A stretch of DNA of 64,000 bases from Takakia lepidozioides. Taxonomy: Eukaryota > Plantae > Bryophyta. Below, piece by piece: positions 1-13,896 of this stretch. Position 1 is the stretch's first letter, and every line of letters starts with the position of its first letter. A program made the translations under genes and the position numbers. The notes beneath the pieces were generated by a model. That model made no database searches. It saw only the letters and a list, made by a program, of their open reading frames with translations, and was not told the DNA's origin. Where the stretch lies: NCBI GenBank assembly GCA_030704615.1, contig CM060732.1, forward strand, positions 3,720,001 to 3,784,000. Direction: 5' to 3'.

Positions 1-646
1 AGGGAGAGAGAGTTAAACCAAAAAATAGAACTGAAAGAGTCATCCCTTGCTGACAATTAAAAGGGAAGAAAAGAGATGCGAGAGATTCATAGATGAGGAA
101 GCAAGAAATGGGACACTGGTAGAGTGCATCTCGCAATTATAGAAACAAACCCCAGTCTACTGCTTCAGTACCTAGGACTAATCAAAAGCTTCTTCCTTAA
201 CAAATAACCAAACACACCCGAGCAATACGCCACAAGCATCTATGGATTGGAGAGTAATACAGATCTCCAGTTGCCAGAAACTTTGATAAATTGACCACGT
301 TTAGACGAAACCCAATTATACTTCAACATCACCGTGCTGAAAACTGCAGGAATACAGTTTGAACAGCAACCTGCATAACCCGAGCCAGTGTACTAACCAA
401 GAAGCCTCACGCTACATGTGCTCATAACATGCCAAAAGATCAACTTTGTGTGCTTCAACATGCCGGGATGTCAATGCAGCTGAAGCATACAAAACAAATA
501 TTTTGGCAGCAAAAACAGCAGAGGTTCCAGGCAGGTTGTGGTACTAATAATGCTTGAATATATGTTCCCATGGAAGAACAACCAACTCCAGATTTGAAAA
601 AACAAAATAGGCTTACACTACAAATAATTGCTTCTCGTGAAACTTT

Positions 647-3600
647 TTACAGCTGTTTTGTCAAGACAGGAGGGCGAGTGGGCAACAGAGAACTCAAACC
701 AAGCGCAGTGATTGTAGATGATGATGAGTAGATGACCCACCAGTCTCCCAAAAGCCCCACCATGGTACAGTTCTGAGTGATAGATGTGACTCGGGCCAGA
801 CAGAAAAACATATAATCCCGTACTTCCACATGCATCACAGTTGCTGTTGGATTGAGCTGCCAAGCCCACAAAGAGCTGAGAGTTGCGTTTGAGAAGACCG
901 ATGAGAGATGTTCTTTAATCCCAGCAGACTCACCAGACTGCACAGTTCGGTAATCGTGAATCAGCTTAAGCTTTGCATCAGTTCATTAGTTGCTCACATA
1001 ATTTCACTCTTTGCAAGCATACACTTTTCCCCTTGACTGCAAACTAGTTAAAACATACCAGGCTTTCACACTAAAGCCTGGCTGGTTCTCCAGAACACCT
1101 TCATGTGCATATAAGGCCGACAAGAACTCTGATGCTGCGTAAGCAAATGAAGGAAGCTTTCAAGAGACATGGACTGGCAGAAGGAAGAGCAACTCTGCAG
1201 ACTGAACAGCCAAACCAAGAGCCAATTAGATTTGTGGTAAATGTATTCAGAGGAGAAGATGGCTGTCTTGGAAGTTTTGTCATAGAGTGCGCATGCCTCC
1301 AAGCCATGCCAATATTTCACTGGTCATCAACTGGGTATAATTGGGTTTCATCTAAACATGGCCAATTATACTCTCACCACAAGATGGCAACCACAGGATG
1401 ACGATGTGCCAATGCTCACGTTGCCAAGAACCTAGAGGTTGTCATTGAAACCAAACCCTCCAGGAACATGAACTTATGTCCTGAGGCTAATAGACGCACC
1501 AGGGGTGAAATAGAGGTGTAAAAAGAGGCCTCACCTTCTCTTTGAGTCGGTCGAAGCTGCGCCTCTCACTAGCTTGCCGCAACCTCCTCTATTGAAATTC
1601 AGAAGAGACAAAAGATGTTGATTAGTAGGATAACTCTGATATGACTTACCAATGGAAAGTGCCTCCTAAACCTTTACAACCCGACCCTTCTAGAGCTTCA
1701 TTCACAGCCCACTTTAGTTCTCCCAATAAAGCTCCCAAATCTTGAATTTCACACTCTCTATACTTTCCAGAAGTAGAATTCCAATGAGAGGCTTTGGTGT
1801 CGTTCAAACCTGTTCAACCCAAATGTAGATGGAGGCAGGCGTGGGCTTAGTGCTCCACAGAAGAAAGATGAGATTTACAAACAATGACACAGGGTATTGA
1901 TAACCCATAGCAACAGTCATCACCACCAATGCTGGCACCCATAGCCGCTTCAGCCACTGCACCAGAGAATCCTGCCGCTCTTCTAAGTCCAGAAAGTTCT
2001 CTTTCGGAGAGTAACTTGTAACCCTTGCCTGCTGATCTGGAAAAGAATATGGCTCTCATGGATTAGCTAACCAACCCTGCAGCAATATATCTCTTGCATG
2101 CAGTCTCAAACAGAAGGTAGATCAACCCAACACACCATTGTCAAAACCACTCTACATCAATTTCCTAGTAAAAATGCCTCTTTGATGAGAGTCATAACAG
2201 AGCAATGAGATTTAAGTTGCTTGTCTTGGTTATCAGTGTGAGCAAATCACAAATGCACTCATTCCTCCTGAAGAGCTAACATTACCAAGGCTTATACAAA
2301 TAGCTCCCGAAACATTCAGAAGAATGAAGACCATGAGTGAGACATAGATGCTCCTTTGAACTATTCGTCCACAATTTCACATCATACAATCATCAAAATA
2401 CAGCCACACTCAGCTATTAACATCACACACTCACCTTCAACAAGAACTGGCATGGTAACCAACTTCTTTGGAGAAAATGCAGATCATTCTACGAGATCAG
2501 GATACACAAGTTGGCATAGTATCTGTGATCCACATACACAATTGATTTCAGAAAGAACTTGCGATCCAGAGGAGATGAATGGATGAGTGATAAGGCCTAC
2601 CCCTCTCGCAGAGTATTGCCTTTGAGAATCCTTGCGATCTTGATAGATAGCTGGTTGCAATTGTCAGTCCCACTATTGTCTCTGTATGCTGTCTCCTACC
2701 TGCAGAAGAGACAATCAACATTGTAAACTCTTCCCTGCACCTTCCATCTTATCGTAGATAGAATTCATGCCATGTGGTTTAAGCAAATGGATTCCTTTCT
2801 CGTTGGAAAGCTATGGGACGTGAAGCAAGAGCTCAATTTCTAGGATTGAGTTAAGTAGGTCGTTTGGTGATCTAAGATTGCTATGCGACTGAGAACAAAC
2901 ACTCAAACGGTTGCAGAGTCTGACATAGCCGAGTGGATTTTTCCCTCCTTTCTCCAACAAGCTACTGTGAAGTTCTTCTGCTATCTCTTGTTGTAAAAAA
3001 AGACATACACAAATCAAATACCATACAAGTAATAAAATAATGTCATGTGCATGCGAATATCTGGAGTTGCCCCAACAGTAGCCTAAGGAGAATACTTCAA
3101 CACTATATTTTCAACCAGCCGACTATTAAATGCTATCCAGTAACCAGAGTTGCTTCTTTCACAGGTTAAAGACCCAATAAGGTGTAAATCAATTGCGTAC
3201 AACACTGGGTTTTTGAAACATTCATAGCAGATACTTTAAGCAAATTGATCATGTTTCGGTGGAACTCAAAAGTAAATGAAAAATTACAGCAATCTGGATT
3301 CACAGGTAAATGGTCCCTTGAACGATTAACTCTTACAGGTCAATATCCCTGTTTGACTGTACTGCTTAGGGCACCTTTCTATGTGACCAACTCACCCCCT
3401 GAGGTTAACGTCATATACCTCAGCATGGGTCAAAAACACCTTGCAGTGGGAGTCTGGCACTCCCTCAACCCTGGGGTGAGGGGTTTGTGGCCACCACAAA
3501 TAGTGGACTCTTGGGCTCCACAGGCAGCTCTTCAACCTGCTATAGCAAGTCTTTACAATCTCTACGACCTACTACAGCTAGTCATTCTGTGTGCTAAAGC

Positions 3601-5380
3601 AAAAGGACAAACTGGCTGCCAGTAGCTGCCACCGGTTGCACATAGCAAGGCTCACTGGCCTTGACCCTTGGAGTGACCCGATCTTTGGCCTATGTCATCC
3701 ACGGGTTAGGGGGTGCCATGGAAAGAGGCCCTTACCAAGAGCTCGAATGGTTGGTTGCAACTGCTTCAGGGGTCCCCAATGAGCATGTCGGTAGAAATTT
3801 GTCGATGAAAAAACACGGTGCAAACACGGCTCAGATGACCCAACAACATGGTTTCCTAGAACTGCAACAAGAGACAACTGAGATTAAAACACACCCTCTA
3901 GGGCAAAACACTGACGAGTCTAAAAATGTCAATGATTGCCAGTGCCTCCTTCCACCTTAACTTTTCTAGTCTTTAAGTTTGAGGAGACATTCTACAAATG
4001 CAAGATGTGGTTTGTACGTATGTGGCCCAAACCATGTGTGAATGTCTAAAATCCTTCAGTAAAGCTTGAGGACATCTGTCCAGCCCCTTTGTTCATGCCA
4101 TCTTGTATCCATCATGTTAACAGAGGGCAGTCCAATGCCACATCCTGCCCAATTCTTTGTTGCAGCTACCCTTGGCTGCTCGAGGTATGACTCGTGTTCT
4201 ACAGATGTCATTACCCCACCAATCAATTTTGTTCTCCCTCCATGTGGTACCATTTGCACATTCCTGCGCTTGGGATTTCCTACCAGATAGCTCTCACTTA
4301 CAGCTTCCTCACAATCACTCACAATACATATGTTCTGCAGTACTTCACAGTCATCAAAACTCACTTTCTTCACTTCATTTTGGGCATCTGACAAGTCCCA
4401 ACCATGAAATTTTTCGAACGTCACATCCATTGTGTGTATCTTACTCTTGTAAGATTTTGATTCATCAGTCTCAATTAGTGAATCCAAGCAGACTTGTGAC
4501 AGAATGAGAGGTGAACAAAAAGTAGCTGTAGGAAAGGTTTCTAATACTTTTGGGCATGATGGAACCTCCAAGCAGACTCTGTAAATCGCCTCCGAAACTG
4601 AGCCAAGAGGTTAAGGTCTTTAGCATCCCATCAGCTGTAGACTCGATCAACCAGTAGAGCTGACCTTAAAAGATTTGGTAGCTTTGATCGTCTCAACGTG
4701 CTCATCGGTCTCTTCGTAACTAATAAACCTATTTTTGGTCTGACTTTTGTTACAAATTATGCCATGCGTATTCGCCAGTCTCCCTTCACAGAAAGACAGG
4801 GAGGTTTTCCTAGGGGTTGGAATATATTCGCCACTGTCCGAAAGCAAAAGCACCTATGGTTCGCTGCCATTCAACAGAGAATAATATGAAACCAAATATC
4901 TGTAGGGGTCAGTCTGTGCCTCAGAAATTCAATGATGCCAAGATCCTCCTGCAGCACGAACATTTCCGCAAGCTAATAATGGAGAGCATTTCATGTCATT
5001 TGATCAACACTACAAAGCTCAGCACAGCGAGAGAAATCTATGCACATATTTTCATACCTGGGACGCGAAGAATCGGACAGGAAACATGAGATGCACCGCA
5101 AGCAGACACAATAGAAGGAGACAAGCGGGAGCGCAACAGTCTTGCGGCGACCTGCATTTCGTGGGCGATACCATGGGCCAATTCCAATCCCTCAGAACCC
5201 AACAAACAGAACCCTAGAAAAAAAACCGACGTCTGGCTCAGAAAACACAGAACGTGAAGGCAAATCTACAGCTCCTCCCTTCCGCTGCCCCCCAAAGCTC
5301 CCTCCTCCGGAAGCTTGGATGCACACTCACTTGGCGCACCCCACGTAAGCTTTGAACATACCTGCAGCGTAGTCATCCAT
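647..5380 (-). pseudogene. Spliced host gene (or decayed copy) for an uncharacterised land-plant protein with a probable TM segment
   Basis: GT-AG-bounded exons join in frame: 1810-2076 (..QWLKRLWVPALVVMTVAMGYQYPVSLFVNLISLLWSTKPTPASIYIWVEQ), ~1535-1588 (RRLRQASERRSFDRLKEK) and ~647-938 (..MHVEVRDYMFFCLARVTS..VGLLGDWW..). There is an in-frame TGA at 2056-2058. Upstream exons (2601-2699, 3735-3861, ATG near 5380) could not be phased reliably. Confidence 0.45.
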
Positions 5381-6522
5381 TGTAGAGGGTTTGCTGTTCA
5401 TCCGTTCTAACAAAGTGTGCCTTTAAACAATTTCGCTGAAGGGTCTTTGATTTTCAAGCTCGAGTCTGCTATCTGATGATTCATAGAATTGCGATATCTT
5501 TTTCTACGTGGCCGCCGGAAAGCAATGCGTTCACCATGTCTTCTTCGATTCTACACCATTCTTGGGAAGTTGGGAGGGGGCCACCAACTCACTCAGAATT
5601 CTCTCCAACTGAACTACCCACCAACCATTGATGTTGTCTCTACAAGAATGACTTCAACACAACTTGTAGACCTGAATTTTTGAAGTTGACAAGTTTTGAA
5701 ACGAGGAGTTCACATTAAAGTTATCCGTAAAGTGCCAAAAACTGGGGACAAGTACCCCGAGTTTGGCCAAAAGTGGGGACCAGTTAACAAACTAGGGACC
5801 AAACTCATACAAAGGAAAAAAAAACACGGGATGAAACTAGTTTTCTCACCAAAACTGGGGGTCAAACTAGTTTCATACCCGTTTGGGTTTTGTCGAGCTG
5901 CATGCCATCGTGACGCCGAACGACCTTATACTTTTAGGGTATCAGATCATGTCAAGGAGTAGGACTCATGCACAGTTTGGCAAACTCGTGCCCAATTTTG
6001 CTGACTTTACGTTTGTACTCAAACTGGGCACCAAACTCGGCATGACTTTAAGGATAATTCTAATGAAACACGCGAGATGGAGCTCCGCAAAGTCCGCTCT
6101 CTGCGCAAGTTTGGGACTTAGATGTTTTTGACGTCTGCAGAGTGTTGCTGTTGTAAATGAGGACAACCAGGCTTACTATCTTTACTAGTTAGATTAGCTG
6201 TATCTGCGTAGGCTTATCAGTTTGGTCTTTATTGTTTATCCTGTAGTTAGCCTTGTCAGCTTTGTTTTGTGCCTTACATTCTAGGGATTAGATTCACTGT
6301 AGCTAGCTACGTGGGGGCTGCTATTTCATGAGCGGCATGAGCATGAGCGGGAAAAATAAAAACATGAGCGGGCCGAATTGTGTCCACGGAAATAGGGTTA
6401 GGAGGCACGGAAATAGGGTCATGTGGACTCGTCATAGCAATGAAATGCAACATTTTATTGCAAATTTGGTGGCAAGCCACGTCTATACAAGTGTGTCCTA
6501 ACTGTCATAGCAGGAATGGGAA

Positions 6523-9500
6523 CTACTCTCCTACACCTTCTGAGGAACTTGGCCCTCCTTCTTCCTCATCCCCCTCATCCCCCCCATCCTCCGAGCTCTG
6601 TGATGCATCGGTTGCAGTATGCCTCTCCAAAATGCCGTCCTCTCCTTGGGGGACTGTCCACCTCACCTCCTGGGAATCTTCTGCCTCTTCTCCCCCACTT
6701 TCCTCAGCAGAATCCAACACAAATCTACGAGCCCGACGGGCTCTAATAGCTGCTGCCTCCTCCCTCATCTTCATTTTCTTGAGGCTTGCCTCGTCTAAAA
6801 TCTGCTGTACACGACTAGGTTCGGAACACCTCCTAATGGACACCGAAGCAAGCCGGGCAGCATAAGTAGGAAGGATGTAGTCCATTTCTGGACTAGGCAT
6901 GAAATCCCCCCTGGCAAAAAAAGGCACGTTCTTCCTGCCCATGAACTCCGGTGTAGACGTCTCTCCTGCTGTACTTGGCATCCTACAGTAAGAACAAATC
7001 CACTTCAAGAATGTCAATACCAGCAGAAGCAGAAAGGGTAATAAGAGAGCGAAGGGAGGTGCCTCACGAAATCTGGAGGCAACTTACAATGCGACCACTC
7101 ACTCGTACACCGGGGGCTCCTCGGCCTCGATCCCAACTTGTTCCTCCCCCTACTCCTTATCGGATTTTTCCTCATCCTCCGAGGATGCCTCTTCATCTTT
7201 CGGCAGACGTTCAGCCGCTGCAAGTTCCGAGTTGTGGAGGGCAGTATCTGGCTCGAAGGTGAACACATGCCTGTCGGACAACGTCCCTGCCCACATTGAA
7301 GCACCTGAGGAACAAAGCGGGCGGTTAATAGCTTGCGGCATGCAATTGCAATCGGGCCAGGGGACAAACTGAGCACGTGAAGGCTTACCCGTGCCGCATG
7401 TGACGTCCAGAATCCGCCCTTGGACATCCGAGCACGTCTCCATGAGGGTTTGGATGAAAGCAGGGCTCCGGGTCCGGCTGTACCGCCACGGTTTGCCTGT
7501 CTTTGTGTCCTTCGGCATACTGGAGTGGGACACATAGTTGTAGAGGACATCGTAGGTAACAGGGTCCACAGCGGCATCAACAAGACGACCGTCGTTGCGG
7601 AATTTGAACGTAGACCCTCTCTTCACAAAGCAATATGCCTCAAACACCAATGTCTGCACATCCAACAAAATAGGGATCAACTCCGGGATCTTGTTTAGAT
7701 ACACCACAATATGAGGTGAATGCAATAGATTGATAACTTACACTTTGGCCCTCTGTTCGCAACCCCTATGTATTGATGCAGAACCATTTTCTGAGGAGGA
7801 CCGGGGTGACACTTTTCGGTGTCCACCTTGCCACCGCATTCTCTGTGGTCTTCCCTTTTGTGGCAAGGACAACCACACATCCACCGTCATCCATAAGCAT
7901 CCCCGCCAGCCCAAACCCGGCTTTCCAGTAGTCCTCAGTAAACCTGTTCCAAGGGGGCACACCATCCAGGCCCTCCAGCAGCTCCTCATCTGGAATGTCG
8001 AGGAGAATCATGTCGCAAGCTCTCTCCACCTCACCCCCCCCCCCCCCCCCCCCCGAGTGCTCTTGCAATCCGTGCTCACAGCCGTGAAGAATTCCATCAT
8101 GGCCTCAAAACCAGGGGTGTCTTTAGGCTCTGTACCGGCAGCCCTCTTCTTGGCTTCCCCTTCTGCTCCGCTAGAGACTTGCTGTGTGCCACCTTCTTCG
8201 CCCTGGCAGCGAGAGCGTCAAGGAAGCTCTCATTGACGCATTGGATGATGGTTGGAGGTTCTAGCTTTGGCCTGTGCGTAAACGTCACCGCCGAATACCG
8301 CCGTGTAGGCTCGCCCTCAAATGCCAACTTCTTGGCAGAGCCAGTCCCACTCCGAACTGACTTGGGAACCCGGACGACCGGTGACTGGGTAGCAGCAACA
8401 GCAGTCGCAGGACCTTGAACAAAGTCGTCGTCCAAGTCACTCTCTTGGGTCCCCTCCTGCGCCTGCTCCGATGCCCCGATGGTTTTCTGTTTTTTGGGTG
8501 TTACTGCACTCACCCTTGTCTTTTTCCTTGTCCTTTTCCTTTGGCCTTTACTCTTCTCATTCAATTTCTCCTGAATTCCTGCCTGAGCAAGCTCTGCCGC
8601 TTTCCTGGAGTTCGCAAGCGCTTTTGCCTCTTTTGCACCCAGCGGAGGCAGCGGAGCCCGGTTTCGTCGGGCCTCAGCATCCAGCTTCAATTGAAACTCG
8701 GATGGGTCAAGCATGCCGGGCGGAAGGTCCACATACCAAGGGCAATCACGCAAATGTTCCAGATGCCACTCCTTCACAATATTGTCAGTGTACATGGAGT
8801 CAGCCCCAGGGTTCCTCCATGCCAGGAAGAATGGTGGCTCGAAAGACAAATGACCTTTCTCCAAAAGGGAGAACTTGCAGTACCTGCATTCATGAAAAAC
8901 ACAATGAGGTCCCTGAACTGCAAATTCGGCACCATTTTCCCAGGTTGGGGCGGATCTGAGTGGGCCTAGAAATGGAAAAATGGCGCCGAATTTCGGTTTT
9001 TGGTGACTGCCACCCTAGGGACTTAGCCATCTTGGGAGCCCTGAATTGGAAATTCGGCGCCATTTTTCCCGGTTTGGCCCGAAGATGGCTAAGTCCTAGA
9101 ACGGCAATAGGGCCTAGAAATGGAAAAATGGCGCCGAATTTCCAGTTCAGGGCCAGCCACCCTAGGGACTTAGCCATTTTCGGAGCCCTGACTGGAAATT
9201 CGGCGCCATTTTCCCAAGTCCGGCCCGAAAATGGCTAAGTCCCACAAGGGCAATATGGCCCAGAAATGGAAAAATGGCGCCGAATTTCCAGTTCAGGGCC
9301 AGCCACCCTAGGGACTTAGCCATTTTCGGAGCCCTGACTGGAAATTCGGCGCCATTTTCCCAGGTCCGGCCCGAAAATGGCTAAGTCCCACAAGGGCAAT
9401 ATGGCCCAGAAATGGAAAAATGGCGCCGAATTTCCAGTTCAGGGCCAGCCACCCTAGGGACTTAGCCATTTTCGGAGCCCTGACTGGAAATTCGGCGCCA

Positions 9501-12451
9501 TTTTCCCAGGTCCGGCCCGAAAATGGCTAAGTCCCACAAGGGCAATATGGCCCAGAACTGGAAAAATGGCGCCGAATTTCCAGTTCAGGGCCAGCCACCC
9601 TAGGGACTTACCCATTTTCGGAGCCCTAACTGGAAATTCGGCGCCATTTTCCCAGGTCCGGCCCGAAAATGGCTGTCCCATATGGCCTTGACCTGGAAAA
9701 ATGGCGCCGAATTTCCAGTTCAGGGCCAGCCACCCTAGGGACTTACCCATTTTCGGAGCCCTGATCTGGACATTCGGCGAAAAATGCAAGGGCTGTAAGG
9801 AAGGCATCGCGTATGTACCTGTACAGAAGGCGCATTGCTGCTTTGTCCGCGTTCGGCTGGTCAGTGAACTCGTGGCTCCGGCGGGCATGTGGTATCTCCC
9901 AAAAGAATAGGTCGGTTTTGTAGAGCAGAAAGTACCTCGTCACATAGTTGCGTAGGCTCTCTGCTGCAGGAGAAATCTCCATCTTGAACTGATGTGCTTG
10001 TGTGTCCAGCTGCTCTTGCGCATTCGTCGTCACCTATGGAGATTCTCCATCAGATCCCATTGCTGAAAAAATACAATGAATCCACCCCCTACAAGAGTAG
10101 AAGCGCCAAACGAACGTGGGGAAGTACCTGAAACCACCATGTCATGCGGTTCATCCACATGTCGAATGTGGGGTCAGACAGTTTGTCCGGTTTGGGGAAG
10201 CTCCACATGTCCCTTGTACTTTGGGAACCATTCCAGATTTGGAGCCACCGGGTCTGTCCAACCACCCAGCATATTCGTAAGCGCCAAACACCACAAAAAC
10301 GAGTTGTTGCCACTACAATTTGGTTAAGAATGTATCACCTTTTCTGCACCATCCACACAGGATGTGGCTAGACGATGGAGCTTCTCCAATGTCATCGTGG
10401 GCTTCAAAGCGTGGGAGTAGTGCTTCCCACCTCCACCAGAAAGTCGGCACTAAGGGCGGGATCAGCTATGGCCACGTACTTTACCATCCGCGACTTGTAC
10501 TTTATGCGGGCCCTCACCTCCGCAGCTTTGAGATACGATTCGAGTGCCGGGAGGGTTAGATTCTTCTCCTCTGACTCCATGTAGAACCTCCGTGCATGTG
10601 CCAAATCCTGCTGAATTTTCGTCTGTCAAGAATGCGCACATAAGATTAGAGATCCTGCTCAACACTTTTTCTTCTATTGGGGAGGAGAGACAGATTAGCT
10701 CAACAAAACAGTCAGGAGCTTTACCCGAGATATGTAGTCCACCATGGCGTCCATGCTCAGCCTATACCAGGTTCTGTCTACCTTTGCCTCCGACTTGCGC
10801 AGGAGGTTGGCACTGAGCGAATTGGCAAACTCTTGCACACCCTGCTTCCCGACATCATTCACTCGGAAGAGCATATGGGACAAGTTGGTGGCAATGAAGG
10901 CATTCTTAGTCACCCTACAATGCCACATTTCCATCAAACAATTCTGAAATGGGAATTTACAACAAATATGAGGATTCGCAATGAAATGACTTACAATCGG
11001 ATGGGTCCAAAAGCAAGAGGCGTTGTAACTTACGAGTTGATGTCCGCCATTGCAGCTTTGAGAAGACTGCGATCTTTGGGCCCCGCAACCTTCAGCACAA
11101 CACACTCCACGGCGAAATGCCAATCGAGGTCGTTGGGGTGGGCTTCGGCTATGTGCTCCATCCATGCCAGGAGGCGATGATTGCCGTCCCACACGTAAAA
11201 CATCTTCCCGGACAAGTGCTGGAAAAGAGGATCAATAACAATCGATCTCTCGAACTCCTCATTTCGCCTTTGCCAATGGGGACCCCATTTGTCCACCTCA
11301 TCGGAAGTGTGGGCACGGGAAGCTCCGTGGTCGTTCTCAATGGAAACGTAAAACGCGGCAGACCCCATTCGATATCCATCCCGGAAAGAGAATTTCAGCT
11401 TGTCGATATCGTCTGGGAGGGCAGGTCTCACCACCTACAAAGACACCAAGCGGCAAAAGGGAATTCGAAGCTTGGCCGGGTACACCATGCCCCCCAGCAC
11501 CCTGCCAATGTTGCTGTGGGTTGCCTCCAACATCTTGGCAGCGGCCAACTTCATATCCGCCTCCGACATGACGTCTGCTACAGAGGGGTTCTCCGGCAGC
11601 CCACCAGGACCGCCAAATCCAGCCTGTATGTTGCGGGTTTGGGGCCTGGGGATGTCCGGGAGGATGTCATCCTGGTCAGAAAGCTCGGTGTCGTCCTCCT
11701 CAACATGGTGAACCACCGGCGAAACCACCTCGAGCACTCTCCCTGTCTCTACTGCCATCTCCCCGGCTTCACCTCGAACTTGCACAATCCGTGCTCTTTG
11801 TGGTGTTCTTACCTCTCCTCCACTCTCCACCGTATGGGTAATTGCGGGGGCTGCTCTTGTCCGCGATGGTGTAACCGGTGTGTTACTGCCTCTTTGTGGT
11901 GTCTTGGAGGGATCCACCGTCTCTGTGCGTCCCTCGCTTACATTGGCATCTGTCATTTGGGCACCCCTGGCCTCTTCAGTGGCCTTTTCTCTTTCCTCCT
12001 GGCTAGCCTGCTGTCTCGCCTGTTCTTTTGCCCTCTGTTTTGCCCTCTCACGGGTTTTCTGTTTCTTACTAGGGCTAGCAGCAGGGGAGCCCTCCAGGAC
12101 GACCATCTTTGATTGAGGAGAAGGAACACCCTCGCGCGCACTGCTCACTCCCCCTTCCGCAGCCCGTGACGGCTCTCTCGCCGGGGATTGCATGTGCTTA
12201 GCTTTCTTCTTCTTCTTTGCGTGGGCGGGCCCTACTGCATGTGCATCAACAACCTCCATTACCGGATCTGTTGTCCTCACGTCCTCATGCCCTTCACCTG
12301 CCATGCCGCCTGCACCAACCTCCCCAATGTCTATTCTGTCGTGCCCTCGCTGCAGGTCCTCCCGTCCACCAACAAAAGGTTGAAGTTTGCCCTCTCGCCC
12401 CAAGTTGGGCGATTCAAACATGCGATGAGTTGGAGCGGTCGATGATACCAC
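6523..12451 (-). pseudogene. Transposon cargo gene, copy 1: ParB/Srx-like domain + beta-class N6A/N4C DNA methyltransferase-like domain, multi-exon
   Basis: FYVWDGNHRLLAWM lies in ORF 11030-11434. Intron 10915-11033 gives ..DINS-VT.NAFIATNLSHMLFR. MTase motif IV-like CDMILLDIPD..VPPWN is at ~7950-8020, and motif I GRILDVTCGT-G-ASMWAGTLSDRHVFTFEPD (intron-split) is at ~7245-7420. The last exon ends at TAG 6523. Premature TAGs at 11435 and 7766. Confidence 0.75.
8930..9770. repeat. 146-bp tandem repeat (~5.5 copies) inside the cargo gene, each unit hairpin-forming
   Basis: Unit start (A/C)TGGAAAAATGGCGCCGAATTT recurs at 8972, 9120, 9266, 9412, 9558 and 9693. Each unit contains GGGACTTAGCCATTTTCGG...CCGAAAATGGCTAAGTCCC. 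Confidence 0.9.
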
Positions 12452-13149
12452 CAGCGTGTCGGGCTCGTCGTCACTCTGTCATTCCCAAAATCGTCAGAAC
12501 CAACATCGGTGCCAAAATCAGAATGGCAACGAACAGCGCAACCACCATAGCAACAATCATGGAACAACAATGAAAACAAAACAAGTTTAGGAAGTATGGA
12601 GTGCCATGGAACAACAATGAAAACAAATCCAACCAATGCCTAAGAATGACATGCTTCTAGCGATGCCAGGATGAAGATGCAAAAACAAAGCGAAACAACA
12701 AAGCGAAAACGAAAGCGAAAGCAAAAGCGAAAGCGAACAAAGCGAAAGCAGAAGTGGCTTGCCTGAGAGTACTCGGCTTCAGTTCGCGCGGGTTGTGAGC
12801 AAGACACTGGAATCTCCTGCTGGAGCTTAAGTTTGGCAATGCGAGAGATTGGCCGTCGTCCGTAGTACAGCGCTTTCAACTTCCGCCGCGGTCTGGATGT
12901 GAGGTCTCTCTCAGGAGAGCCACACCCTTCAGGCGGCATAAGTCCCAGCCAAAATGGAAAAAAATCTCAGTTTTTTGGGGTACATGCCTCGAATAGAAGT
13001 TAATCCAAGATTAGCATCAGATTTAGGGTACGTATCGAGGAAGCCATGTGTCGCTAGCCCAAATAAAAACGGACGGCGGTGGACATTTAATGCCCATCCG
13101 CCAGGTACGGCGGCACGCAAAATTTCCCTCATGCAGGTAATTTGGAGAG

Positions 13150-13840
13150 CAGCAGGATGGAAATTTAGCGCCGAATTTCCATCCTGCCAGGTAGGGCGGC
13201 GCGCGAAATTTCTGCCACGCAGGTAATTCGGAGCGGATGGATGGAAATCGGGCGCCGGATTTCCATCCTGCCGGTTAGGGCGGGGCGCGAAATTTCCGCA
13301 ACGCAGGTAAGTCGAAGTGGATGGATGGAAATCCGGCGCCGGATTTCCATCCGGTAGGTAGGGCGGCGCTCAAAATTTGCGTCATGCAGGTAATTCGGAG
13401 CGGATCAGGATGGAAATTCGGCGCCGAATTTCCATCCTGCAGGTAATTCGAAGCCCGGATGGATGGAAATCTGGCGCCGAATTTCCATCCAGCAGGTTAC
13501 TCGGATCGCTGGCGGATGGAAATTCGGCGCCGAATTTCCATTCGCCAGGTAAGTCGAAGCGCCGATCCTGGAGATAATTCTGAGCGTGGCCGCTTGGTTT
13601 TTCGGAGAAAAACAAAGTAAACTTTTAGTTTTGTGGCTGAAGTCCACTTTTAGACACGTTTTTCATGGAATCCTTGACTGCTAGAGGGAAATCCGAACGG
13701 CCTCGGACGAAAATTCGGCGCCGTTTTTCCATCCTGTTCGGTTTTTATATCGTCCAGTTTTGGGCCTCACCACCCGACCGGACTTCCTTTGAGGGGGCCC
13801 GGATGGAAATTCGGCGGCGAATTTCCATCCGGGGGATGGT
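13150..13840. repeat. Array of ~30-bp palindromes GGATGGAAATTCGGCGCCGAATTTCCATCC between cargo gene and transposase (left arm)
   Basis: Repeated perfect or near-perfect palindromes spaced ~53-85 bp apart. Confidence 0.9.
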
Positions 13841-13896
13841 ATCTGTCGGACAGGTGCCGGCCTCTACGCCCGAGGCGACTTCGTCCGGGCGTCACC

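Noticed and set aside
4056-4853. Independent CDS from ORFs 4056-4571 and 4647-4853
   Set aside because: No recognisable motif. They may be a broken exon of the host gene but cannot be phased.
5690-6130. TE terminus with AAACT(G/A)GG microrepeats
   Set aside because: No TIR pair or TSD could be defined.
11030-11434. Bacterial contamination or prophage as the source of ParB/MTase
   Set aside because: The gene has spliceosomal introns and is embedded among plant TEs and PPR relics.
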